A stretch of DNA of 64,000 nucleotides from an uncultured virus (IMG/VR IMGVR_UViG_3300034072_002082) (Duplodnaviria > Heunggongvirae > Uroviricota > Caudoviricetes), in the IMG/VR virus record IMGVR_UViG_3300034072_002082; one strand, written 5' to 3'. This document shows, one piece after another, positions 38,570 through 47,077 of the stretch. The position numbers and the translations under genes were made by a program. Position 1 is the stretch's first letter; every line of letters starts with the position of its first letter. A model generated the notes under the pieces. The model did not search any database. It saw only the letters and a program-made list of their open reading frames with translations, and had not been told where the DNA came from.

Positions 38570-39076
38570 ATGGCAAATGTCCTGATAGGGATCATCGGGG
38601 TGATCTTGTTCATCGGGTTGGCGTTGGCGGGGGCCAGCTTCTTGGGGCCGCGCTTCAACGAAGCGCAGGCAAACACCAAGGCATCCCAGATTTCCGAGGC
38701 GATATCGCAGTCAGTCGCGGCCTATAAGCTGCGCAAAGCGCAGACTGGTGCCGGGGTGAAGGTGGGATATTGGACCGACCTTACCAACGAGGGCTACATG
38801 AAGGATCGCCCATTGAACGTCTTCGTTCGTGGCGACAATGGCGATATTACAGGTGGTGTCGAGACCAAGTTCATGCTGGTCAGCTCGTTCGCCGAGCCTT
38901 CGACGGCGAGTGACAGTGCGTGCGTGAGCTTCGCACGTTTGACCGACATGAGCACAGCAAACACTGTGCAGACTTTGGCAGGACCACCGGCCAACAAGCG
39001 TGCAGGTTGCTTCAAGGCGTCTGCCGCATGGGGCGACCAGCCGGCCGGGACGCTGATCTACTTCCACCGGGTTTGA
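38570..39076 (+). CDS. pilin/pseudopilin-like membrane-anchored protein
   Basis: N-terminal hydrophobic helix MANVLIGIIGVILFIGLALAG, then a helical region and a C-terminal Cys pair. Confidence 0.6.
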   Translation: MANVLIGIIGVILFIGLALAGASFLGPRFNEAQANTKASQISEAISQSVAAYKLRKAQTGAGVKVGYWTDLTNEGYMKDRPLNVFVRGDNGDITGGVETKFMLVSSFAEPSTASDSACVSFARLTDMSTANTVQTLAGPPANKRAGCFKASAAWGDQPAGTLIYFHRV

Positions 39077-39095
39077 TAAAATTTCAAATCACTTG

Positions 39096-39132
39096 CGTAT
39101 GCAATCTGCAGACTGTATGCAGATTGCATACG
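39096..39132. promoter_or_regulatory. palindromic operator candidate
   Basis: Perfect 15-bp inverted repeat CGTATGCAATCTGCA-N7-TGCAGATTGCATACG, 11 bp before the ATG. Confidence 0.7.
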
Positions 39133-39143
39133 ATATTGGGAGA

Positions 39144-39785
39144 ATGTCTGTGCTTGCTTACAAGAGCATGAAGAATAGCGCAGGTATAATCGTAATCGGC
39201 GAATATGATACACTGCGCCGAATGCAGGAGACCGTTCACGACGTCGAAAAGTTTCGCCCTGGGTCTTCAAAAGACGGCGACCATCTCATCGATTTGGCTT
39301 ACGATTTCAGGAAGGCATTTGAACGCGCTCGGGAAATCATCGATCCGCCAGTCCATTTTGAAGAGATTGGCACACGCTACGGCGTAAAGATTATCTGGCC
39401 AGTGCTGCTTATGCAGGTCCGCCAGTTGCGCAGTTACATGGCGTTTGGTCCGTCAACGTCGTCGCACCAAGCCTGTGTCTACGAGCTCGAAGCATTGGTC
39501 GAAACTGCTGTTCGCAATGAGTTTGCTGCAGATGCTGAAGCCATCTTTGAAGCCTGGCGGCGCATTAATCCAGTGTCACCGGGCGTAGTAGATAAGATGA
39601 AAAGCGTTGGAGCAATATTCTGCAGCTGGACGGATGAACAGCGCCGCAAGAATTTCATCCATATGCTGGATTGCTTCAGCCCCCTGCATAGTTCACTCTA
39701 TGAAATGAAGCACAACCCAATTTCACCGATGGAATTGGAGCGTTGGAAGCATGCTAAGTGGGTTGATCCAGAAAACGGCAAATGA
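39144..39785 (+). CDS. DUF6904-like hypothetical protein
   Basis: KN.AGI..IG.Y..L, LAYDFRKAFE and YGVKI.WP pattern; lower GC. Confidence 0.65.
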   Translation: MSVLAYKSMKNSAGIIVIGEYDTLRRMQETVHDVEKFRPGSSKDGDHLIDLAYDFRKAFERAREIIDPPVHFEEIGTRYGVKIIWPVLLMQVRQLRSYMAFGPSTSSHQACVYELEALVETAVRNEFAADAEAIFEAWRRINPVSPGVVDKMKSVGAIFCSWTDEQRRKNFIHMLDCFSPLHSSLYEMKHNPISPMELERWKHAKWVDPENGK

Positions 39786-40015
39786 CACCGTACAGGTTTC
39801 GTGAGATACGCGAGCGCGCCAACCTCTCTCAAAGAGGTTTGGCGCGCTTGTTGCGTTTGGGCGATAAGTCCACTGTATTCCGCTACGAGAATGGCTCGGT
39901 TGGAATACCTGGTCCTGTGAGCATCGTGATGGAAATGCTTGAGGCAGGGGATTTGCCCGAACGTTTCTTTGCCGAGGGGAACCAGTCCAAGGATGCTGGT
40001 CAAGTTAGCGATTGA
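39782..40015 (+). CDS. XRE-family helix-turn-helix protein
   Basis: IRERANLSQRGLARLL...STVFRYENG..IPGP; ATGA overlap. Confidence 0.88.
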   Translation: MTPYRFREIRERANLSQRGLARLLRLGDKSTVFRYENGSVGIPGPVSIVMEMLEAGDLPERFFAEGNQSKDAGQVSD

Positions 40016-40169
40016 ACATCCGCTTAAAGGCTATGGTTTATCCGATCTCTCAACCTTGTCAGTGTCGTTTTTGCGGAGCGCTTTCTCGTTCACGATCTGT
40101 CTCAACTTGCTTGATCGAACGTCCGATTGGTGACACCATGATGTCCGATCAAAGTTGCCGGGGGGCAAG

Positions 40170-40622
40170 ATGAACAACAGACACAAGGATGGTGACATGG
40201 TTGATGCAGAGCTGGTTCTCGCTAACGCCACTGCCCGCATCGCCGAGACGTTTGTCGGAACGCGGCTGGAGCGCAGGCTCGTCGTCGAAGGCATGTGTGA
40301 TGGCTTCCGCAAGATCGCCACGTTGGCCTATCCACCGCGCTCGCATGGCGCTGCAGCGGTGATTGCCGACGAGATCAACCGCACCGGCGAGGCATCCCTG
40401 CACGCCAGAGGGCTGCCAGCTTGCGCAGCGGCCCGCATGATGCGCTACAGCAGCGCGACCGAAGTCACCTGTGGCGATCTGACCTTCGGCTCGCGAGAGA
40501 CCTCTGAGAGCCTTCTAAGAGAGCTCCAGGCCTTCATCGGCCGTGCCGCGCGGGGCAGCACCTTGCAGGACGTGGCGATCCATTCGGTCGCCGCCCGCCG
40601 GGCAGGCGGAGCTGCCCGATAA
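40170..40622 (+). CDS. hypothetical protein
   Basis: ORF ending at a convergent terminator (about 40645-40678). Confidence 0.5.
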   Translation: MNNRHKDGDMVDAELVLANATARIAETFVGTRLERRLVVEGMCDGFRKIATLAYPPRSHGAAAVIADEINRTGEASLHARGLPACAAARMMRYSSATEVTCGDLTFGSRETSESLLRELQAFIGRAARGSTLQDVAIHSVAARRAGGAAR

Positions 40623-40700
40623 AACGTCGATCGCGCTGCATGAAGAAGCCCGCCCCAGCTAGTGCTGAGGCGGGCTTGCTTTTGTCCGGGTGTTGGTCCT

Positions 40701-41780
40701 TCAATCCTGAGCGAGAACCGGGATGAGCAAGGACCATAGCGTCCCGCTGACAGGCGCAAGTTCGCGGCCTGTGCCCATGGGCACAAGATCTGGCACTTCG
40801 CCGAACTTGAGCGAGGCAGCTGATCCAAGGTCTGCGCCAAGGGATAACCTCCCGGACCGCAAACGCACGAATGCATCGGCATCCCGTCCAATGGCGAAGA
40901 CCGTGGAAAGTCCGACGCCGGCGCCGCGGTGTCGTTTGGTGGAGGCACCCAGTCGGGCCAGCTCTAACAGGCGGAGACGCTCGATCTCAGCGAGATCGTG
41001 ATCCCTGTTCTGCTCATTGCTGGATTGCACGGCAATGCCGGGACCGGAGTCCAGCACAGACAGCTCAAGGATGTCTGTCTGTCTGTCGTCCGCCGAGCCG
41101 AGCAGCCTCCGGTAGAATGAGGCCAGGGGTGGAAAGGCAATCTGAATAGCCTCCACATCATGCGAGCTGACCTGGTGGCGTCTGGCATGAACGATCCGCA
41201 GCGAATATTCGTGCAGGTTGCCGACGTGATCGAGAAGGGCATGCTCAGCAGTGTTGCGGAAAAGCTCGAAGAGCATGGGCGTCACGATGGGCCTGAGGCG
41301 GTCCAGAACTGTCGTCGTAGCCTGCTCGGCCAACACTGCTCGCAGCATGGTAGCCGTCAGGTCGCCAAGCTCGCTCCGCGAGCGCAGCGACGACTGCAGG
41401 TTCCTGTCTGTGCGGTAGAGCGGGGCTGGATGGGGCCTGCCCAAGTGGTCTGCAGCGATAACCGCAAACTGACGATCGTCAGAAAAGCACCATGACGACT
41501 GATCGAGGCTTTTGGCGAGAGCGGCTAGGGGTTGGCTTCCGGTAGAAGGAATGCGGCCTAACAGTGCAGCGCAGAGGCTCTGCAGCGTTGGAGCGGCCTG
41601 TGCGCCGCAAGGTATGGTTTCGCGCCCCTGCTGGGCGAGGGTGACGTATTGCTGCACAACCGCAAGATCGGCACCGGGGAACGACCAGCCGCTATCGGCC
41701 AGCTGATCCTCCAGCGCGGCTGAGATTGCTGCAGCATTGGTTGCAGCAAAGGAATCGTCATGCACAGGCTGGAGGGACAT
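40701..41780 (-). CDS. protein with GHKL/HATPase-like domain
   Basis: ELFRN..EHA (N box), VLDSGPGI (G1) and STK...AGVGL (G2). Confidence 0.7.
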   Translation of the reverse strand: MSLQPVHDDSFAATNAAAISAALEDQLADSGWSFPGADLAVVQQYVTLAQQGRETIPCGAQAAPTLQSLCAALLGRIPSTGSQPLAALAKSLDQSSWCFSDDRQFAVIAADHLGRPHPAPLYRTDRNLQSSLRSRSELGDLTATMLRAVLAEQATTTVLDRLRPIVTPMLFELFRNTAEHALLDHVGNLHEYSLRIVHARRHQVSSHDVEAIQIAFPPLASFYRRLLGSADDRQTDILELSVLDSGPGIAVQSSNEQNRDHDLAEIERLRLLELARLGASTKRHRGAGVGLSTVFAIGRDADAFVRLRSGRLSLGADLGSAASLKFGEVPDLVPMGTGRELAPVSGTLWSLLIPVLAQD

Positions 41781-41813
41781 GCTGGGTCTTCCTTGTCAAG
41801 CTGAGGAGGCCGA

Positions 41814-42461
41814 TCAGGCGGCCTTGCGCTGCACTGTGGCCGGGCGAGCGAGCTCAGCGCATTCGAGGTCCTCGATGCGCGTGAGGCCTGCAGCACGGAC
41901 AGTCATCCGATCGCCGGCAACGCGAGCGCGACGCTGCGCTTTGCCGGTCTTGGGATCGCGATCCACCCAGATGTTGGTGGGAATGCCGTCGACCCAGGTG
42001 CGGGTGCCATCCCAGCGTTCCCCGTGGTAGCGAACGCCGGTGCGGCCCGGGGTAACGGTGAAGCTGTCGCGCAGGCGGACCTGACCGCTGCCCGAGCCAA
42101 GGTACAGGTCACCACGGTTCAGTGGCCGGCGGCCGTTGGTTTCGCAGCCGAGTGCGCTTACAGCGCACCCCGAGCCGGACATCTCAAATCCGTCGATGGC
42201 GACAAGCAGATGCTTGAGGGGATCGACGATCTGGATCTCCAACCCGACGAGCTTGTCGAAATCGCGGAAGCGGTCTTCAGCGTCCATCGGGTGGATCGGG
42301 CGCACGATCATGACCTCGACGGTCTCGCCTACGGCTGGAACAGGAGTGCCGTGCGCGAAGAAGCACAACTGGCCGTCGATGAAGGCGACTGGCTTGCCGC
42401 CCTTGCGGCGGTTGTGCTGGACGGTTGCCATCAGGGGAACGTGCTGGATGCCGTAGGCCAT
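41814..42461 (-). CDS. hypothetical protein
   Basis: GAGGAAATCACG-ATG; ends RKAA. Confidence 0.7.
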   Translation of the reverse strand: MAYGIQHVPLMATVQHNRRKGGKPVAFIDGQLCFFAHGTPVPAVGETVEVMIVRPIHPMDAEDRFRDFDKLVGLEIQIVDPLKHLLVAIDGFEMSGSGCAVSALGCETNGRRPLNRGDLYLGSGSGQVRLRDSFTVTPGRTGVRYHGERWDGTRTWVDGIPTNIWVDRDPKTGKAQRRARVAGDRMTVRAAGLTRIEDLECAELARPATVQRKAA

Positions 42462-42569
42462 CGTGATTTCCTCTACACTGGTGATTTCAGCTCAGAGGAC
42501 ATTCACTCGTCCCATGGGGACCAGACCCAGCTTTGGTGAGCCCGAGGGTCAAGCCGGTCAAGACTGGGG

Positions 42570-42767
42570 CTATTCGTTGATGCGCTCCCAGACGCCAGCA
42601 ACCTTCCGGAAGAGGGCTGCGCAACGCCAGTTCCCTTGCCAGACGTGAAGCGTATCAGCAGGACCTGTGGAGGCTTCAGCCCATGCCTTTGCATCGCTGA
42701 TCTTGCCGAATTCGGATCTCTGGCGGTCCATGTCTGGACCGTCGAGATGGGCGAAGAACCGTGCCAT
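42570..42767 (-). CDS. small hypothetical protein
   Basis: 65-aa ORF; AAGG upstream. Confidence 0.5.
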   Translation of the reverse strand: MARFFAHLDGPDMDRQRSEFGKISDAKAWAEASTGPADTLHVWQGNWRCAALFRKVAGVWERINE

Positions 42768-42839
42768 CGGTGAAAACCTTTCCGACTAAGAGACATGCCA
42801 TGTTTGAGATCAGGCTGTGCCGGTGATCCGGGCAGGAAG

Positions 42840-43256
42840 CTAAACCTGCGCCTTCACGACGAACTTGGCGCGGAAGTCCGGCAAGGCGCGGAAGAACGTC
42901 TTGCCGATGTCAGGCTCGCAGCGATACTCGACGGCAGGATGCCACTCGTCTTCGAACTGCATCAGGCGGCTCTCGTCCAACTTGATGACGAAGTAATCCT
43001 TGCTCTTGTAGGTGTAGACCTTCCCTGCAAATGGGCCTTGCTCGGGCTGGGTGATTGTCTTGGGAGCAGGCCGCGTGCGCGTGTTCCATTGCTGCACCTG
43101 AATGGGATCATCGAGGAGCACGCTGATTTTGCGATCAGACATCCAGCACTCCTCCGTGTCGCAACGCGCGGCAACGTTGATCTTCCCCCTCGAGCGGGTC
43201 AGATGCACGCCGCAGAACGGGCAGGGTTCAAGCCATACTGGCGGGCGGTCGTTCAT
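42840..43256 (-). CDS. Lar-like zinc-finger domain fused to DUF1653-like domain
   Basis: LEPCPFCG...C...C...QWNTR; C-terminal VYTYK..Y.V...VEYR...FFR...F..KF. Confidence 0.65.
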   Translation of the reverse strand: MNDRPPVWLEPCPFCGVHLTRSRGKINVAARCDTEECWMSDRKISVLLDDPIQVQQWNTRTRPAPKTITQPEQGPFAGKVYTYKSKDYFVIKLDESRLMQFEDEWHPAVEYRCEPDIGKTFFRALPDFRAKFVVKAQV

Positions 43257-43291
43257 GGTGTCTCCGGTCTGCGGTAGAGGGGCGGGCGCCA

Positions 43292-43927
43292 CTATGCCCA
43301 ATAGGCGGTCGTGGCGTTGTTGCGCTGTGCCGCGGCGATGAAGGCGTCGAGACGGCCGGCGCAGTCGGTGCGCCAGCCGTTTTCCTTGACCGCTTCGGCG
43401 AGGGTGGCGATCTCGACCTCGCCGGTCGGGCTCTTGGGGTCACACGAGATGCCGAGTTCGCGCAGCATCTCGAACATCGCGCTGCCGCAGCGGTTGATGG
43501 TGACGTCGTCCCCGCGCCAGTTCACACCCTTGATGTGCGCGGGGCATTCGTCTGTGCCGGACAGCAGGACCTGCAGGCCGAGACGGATGACCAGGTCGAA
43601 CAGGCGTGCAGCCTGCGCGCCGTTCTCGCCGCGGGCAAGACGATCGCGGATCTGGTCCTGTACGATCGTCGGCAGCAGGGCCGGGCCGAACGCAGGGATG
43701 TACGACCCTTGCGAATATTCGTTGTCCTCGTCGCGGGGATAGGAGCTGACCTCCTCACCGTTGAGCAGCGTCACGCCTTCCAGCACACGAGCGATGGAAT
43801 CGACAACGTCTTCCTCGATGAGGATCAGGCCGTGGTTGGGCGCAACAGCGGTGATCTGCGCCCAATCGCTCGCTGCACGAGCTTCCGAGTTCAGTTCGTC
43901 GTTCGAGAAGATGAGGCTGATCGACAT
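43292..43927 (-). CDS. acidic hypothetical protein
   Basis: 211-aa ORF; AGGAAAT RBS. Confidence 0.7.
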   Translation of the reverse strand: MSISLIFSNDELNSEARAASDWAQITAVAPNHGLILIEEDVVDSIARVLEGVTLLNGEEVSSYPRDEDNEYSQGSYIPAFGPALLPTIVQDQIRDRLARGENGAQAARLFDLVIRLGLQVLLSGTDECPAHIKGVNWRGDDVTINRCGSAMFEMLRELGISCDPKSPTGEVEIATLAEAVKENGWRTDCAGRLDAFIAAAQRNNATTAYWA

Positions 43928-44010
43928 GACGCAATTTCCTATAATCGGTGAATTCGCTGGAACGCTCTTGAATCAGCTGCAGCGGAATGCAGGAGCGTGC
44001 AGCTGCTAGA

Positions 44011-44592
44011 TCACCTCACCACGTGGTGTGCGAAAAGACCGGGGTTCTGTTCGTAAAAGGCGAGGCGACGAGCTCGCTGCGCAAGCGACACAGGGCGCGC
44101 CTGCTCCCAAGCGTGCAGCGCAGCCAGAAGAGCGCCGTCGCGGCCAAGAACTTCGTCAGCCAGACCCGTGACGACGAAGTTCGGAGTGGCTTCTGGCCGC
44201 AGCGCGAAGAGCTGGGCAACGGCAAATGCCTCGTTCCCAGCACCTGCCCGGTCAGCAAGGATTGCCAGGGCAGCGCCGGCAGAGCGACCGACACCGTGGT
44301 AGCAGTGCACGAGGAGCGAGCCGTTGTCATGCTGCCGTCCGAAGCTCAGAAGCTCGGCGACCTGCTCTCGCGTTGCGACCTGCACGTTGCGGTCGTCATA
44401 GTCGAAGTCCTCAAATTCGAGGACGAGACGGTGAGGTTCGCGACCCTTGGTGAAGACAAGGCGCTTCGAGGCAGGCGATCCCGGATCCTGCAACGTCAGG
44501 ACGGCATCGAACTTGCGCTTGTGCTTGTTGGCCTGCGCAAGGCTGCCAACAGAAAGGCTGCCCGGGAGGGCGGGCGCGAGCGGAGTGGACAT
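44011..44592 (-). CDS. protein-tyrosine/dual-specificity phosphatase-like protein
   Basis: LLVHCYHGVGRS (CX5R), RP.A.PN and AD..LG motifs. Confidence 0.88.
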   Translation of the reverse strand: MSTPLAPALPGSLSVGSLAQANKHKRKFDAVLTLQDPGSPASKRLVFTKGREPHRLVLEFEDFDYDDRNVQVATREQVAELLSFGRQHDNGSLLVHCYHGVGRSAGAALAILADRAGAGNEAFAVAQLFALRPEATPNFVVTGLADEVLGRDGALLAALHAWEQARPVSLAQRARRLAFYEQNPGLFAHHVVR

Positions 44593-44729
44593 GACGTGAG
44601 CTTTCATGCGTTCGTGATAGATCAACCTGTTGAAGCTCTAGTCCAGAAAGGTTTGTTCCCTTCCGGGGACAGCTTGGGTTGCAAAGCGCGCAGGCTGAAG
44701 GCACTCTAGCTGAAGCAATAGGGGCATAT

Positions 44730-45314
44730 ATGCTGCTGATTATCCAGATTGGACTTGGCATATTGCTGGTCTTCTTGCTCATCCAATATCACCGACAGCT
44801 GGGCAGGTTTATCACTGGCTTGGCTGCTATGGCTATTTTGGCCGGTTTGCTGATGGCGGTGGGTTACGCAGGTCATGAGGTGCTGACCGCTCCGGCGATT
44901 ACAGAGCCCGCCTCCCGGTTTTGGAGTAAGCTGAGCTCTCTCGCCGTTCCCTTGTTTTGCATAATCATCTCCGCCGTTGGTGGCGCTGGTGCGATGATTC
45001 TGTGGGCGATGAAATGGCCACCAGCACCGCGCCCAACTGATTCCAAGGACGATGATGTTGGCAGGATAACCATCTTCACGTTTGGCAACGCGGCCATAAC
45101 CGCTGTCGTTTATAGTACGCTGGCGTGGTTGACCCCTTTGGGCCAGGTTGGTGATGCCGTAGAGCGCTACAGTCGAGCACAAGGCTGGGCCGACGCCCTG
45201 CCGGTAGTGAGCTTTAGCCTCATGACGCTTTGGCCATGGGTTGTGCTGCTGGCCATTAAGAAGCTGCGCGACAGACGAGCCAGCAGGTTTCTGGAAATCG
45301 ACGAACAAATCTAG
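44730..45314 (+). CDS. hypothetical membrane protein
   Basis: Five hydrophobic segments. Confidence 0.65.
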   Translation: MLLIIQIGLGILLVFLLIQYHRQLGRFITGLAAMAILAGLLMAVGYAGHEVLTAPAITEPASRFWSKLSSLAVPLFCIIISAVGGAGAMILWAMKWPPAPRPTDSKDDDVGRITIFTFGNAAITAVVYSTLAWLTPLGQVGDAVERYSRAQGWADALPVVSFSLMTLWPWVVLLAIKKLRDRRASRFLEIDEQI

Positions 45315-45629
45315 TCAGGCATCGGTCCAAGCGGACAGATCATCTGGAAGCCATCCATCGGTGAGACCACAGACATGAAGGCCGTCGACCTTGGGCGGCC
45401 AGACATCGCTGGTTGTGTAGGTGTGACCGGCCTTCGGGTGCCAGTCGATGGCGGTGACATAGTGCGCCGGCTCGTTGTGCCAATCAGGCAGGGTAATCCT
45501 GACCTTGTCGCCGAGCTTGAAGGCGGGAACCGGCCCGGCTGCTGGTGCAGACTGCGAGGCGATCGCATCGAGCCGGCACCGGGTGAATGCCTGGATGATC
45601 GGCGCGGCCGCATCATCGCAACCGCGCAT
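45315..45629 (-). CDS. small hypothetical protein (FKLGDKVRI, SH3-like)
   Basis: ORF directly abutting the tnpB element; start uncertain. Confidence 0.5.
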   Translation of the reverse strand: MRGCDDAAAPIIQAFTRCRLDAIASQSAPAAGPVPAFKLGDKVRITLPDWHNEPAHYVTAIDWHPKAGHTYTTSDVWPPKVDGLHVCGLTDGWLPDDLSAWTDA

Positions 45630-45639
45630 CCATTTCGGT

Positions 45640-45810
45640 TCTATGGAATAACGGGTTGATGCTTCAACCCCGCAAACCCAATTGGTTACGCCTGGCAGTT
45701 GCCTGCTTCAGCGCGATTTCGAGACTACGCTCATCCTCAGTCGTGAGACTGTGCAGCCCAGCCTTGCGGATGGCTGCCGGATCACGTTAGCGTCTCAAGG
45801 GCCCTGAACG
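45640..45810 (-). ncRNA. putative TnpB omega/reRNA (boundaries approximate)
   Basis: Structured region overlapping the tnpB 3' end: GAGAC-GCT...AGCGTAGTCTC stem, GCAG-GCAA-CTGC and GGGTTGA-AGCA-TCAACCC hairpins. Confidence 0.55.
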
Positions 45811-47003
45811 GCCCTCGCCAGAATATTTCTGGCCGCATTGTGATCACGATGCAGGACTGCGCCGCACGAGCAGCTGTGCTGCCGTGCACGTATGTTCTTT
45901 GGCACTTTCGTGCCGCAGAAGCTGCAGTTCTGGCTCGTGTTGCGCGGATCAACCAAGCGGAGCTCGCCACCGGCTCTTTCAGCCTTGTAGCGAAGCATAT
46001 CGATCAGACGCCCCGGCGATGCGTCCAGCATCGACCGGTTTAGGCCGCTTTTGGCGGCCACGTTTTTGCCCGGGTTCGCCAAGGTGCCCTTGGCCGACCG
46101 GGTCATGTTCTTGAGCTTGAGATCCTCGACAACGATAACCTCGAAGCGGTTTGCGATGTTCGCGCTTACCTGATGAAGGTGCGTGGTGCGCGTATTCTCG
46201 ATCCGCTGATGGATACGGGCCAGCTTGCGGCGGGCGTGTTGGCGCCGACGAGAATTTCGTTTGCAGCGAGCTAGGGCACGCTGTGCGAGACGCAACTGGC
46301 GCTCGCGAGTATTGCGAGGGCGAGTGTTGGCAAAGACTTCGCCGGTGTCCAAGGTGGCGAGGTTCTCGACACCAACGTCAATGCCAACGGCCGTGCCAGT
46401 CTTTTGGTGCCACTCAGCTGCAGGGATGTCGACGACGAGCGTGACATACCACTTACGATCATAGCGAGTGAATTGCGCAGACTTGAGTTTGGCGCCATCA
46501 GGTATGGGGCGGTGCATGTGCACACGGAGAGCGCCGTCGATACCATTGAAGAACAAGCGGTCATACTTGAACTTGATGCCCGAGAACTCGGCGAAGCCAA
46601 AGGAACGCCAGCGAGATTTTGCACGGAAGCGTGGAAATCCGGCAGCCTTGCCTGTATTAGCGCGTTGGAAGAAGCCTTTGAACGCGCCCTCCACACGCTT
46701 CAGGGTCCAGCGGCCCATATTTAGGGGCTTTGCTCCCTGTCCCAGCGGGTCAACACAGCGGATCTCCGTCAGTGACTTGCACTGATCCATGTAGCCGATA
46801 GCGCCGCCACGTGGGGTCGTGAAATCTTCGGTCACTGGCTTTTGGCGCCCAGCGACCAGAGCGCGACGCTTGGCAACTTTGTAGCTGTCAATGCGCTCTT
46901 GAAGAGCCGCATTATACAGTTGCCTCTGGCCTTCACAAAGCTCGGCCAACCGCGCATATTGGGCGCGTGTAGGCTTCAGCTTGTAGCGAAGGCTAACCAA
47001 CAT
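45795..47003 (-). CDS. tnpB: RNA-guided endonuclease TnpB (IS200/IS605 family)
   Basis: YKLKPT..Q, LYNAALQER, GFPRFR, RuvC motifs VGIDVG / VVEDL / RDHNAARNIL, zinc ribbon CSFCG..CSCG. Confidence 0.95.
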   Translation of the reverse strand: MLVSLRYKLKPTRAQYARLAELCEGQRQLYNAALQERIDSYKVAKRRALVAGRQKPVTEDFTTPRGGAIGYMDQCKSLTEIRCVDPLGQGAKPLNMGRWTLKRVEGAFKGFFQRANTGKAAGFPRFRAKSRWRSFGFAEFSGIKFKYDRLFFNGIDGALRVHMHRPIPDGAKLKSAQFTRYDRKWYVTLVVDIPAAEWHQKTGTAVGIDVGVENLATLDTGEVFANTRPRNTRERQLRLAQRALARCKRNSRRRQHARRKLARIHQRIENTRTTHLHQVSANIANRFEVIVVEDLKLKNMTRSAKGTLANPGKNVAAKSGLNRSMLDASPGRLIDMLRYKAERAGGELRLVDPRNTSQNCSFCGTKVPKNIRARQHSCSCGAVLHRDHNAARNILARAVQGP

Positions 47004-47077
47004 GGTTTCTTACTTTCGATGTGATCGAGGTCGCATCAACCTCTTATTCCTTAGAACCAATGATGATCGCCATCTGA

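Larger units (their letters stand above)
45637..47058 (-). mobile_element. tnpB-only element bounded by 26-bp imperfect inverted repeats
   Basis: 45637-45662 GGTTCTATGGAATAACGGGTTGATGC vs 47033-47058 GCATCAACCTCTTATTCCTTAGAACC, 23/26 complementary; no tnpA. Confidence 0.6.

Noticed and set aside
45795..47003. TnpB as a Cas12 effector or a nuclease-dead TldR
   Set aside because: No CRISPR array nearby, and all three RuvC acidic residues appear intact.
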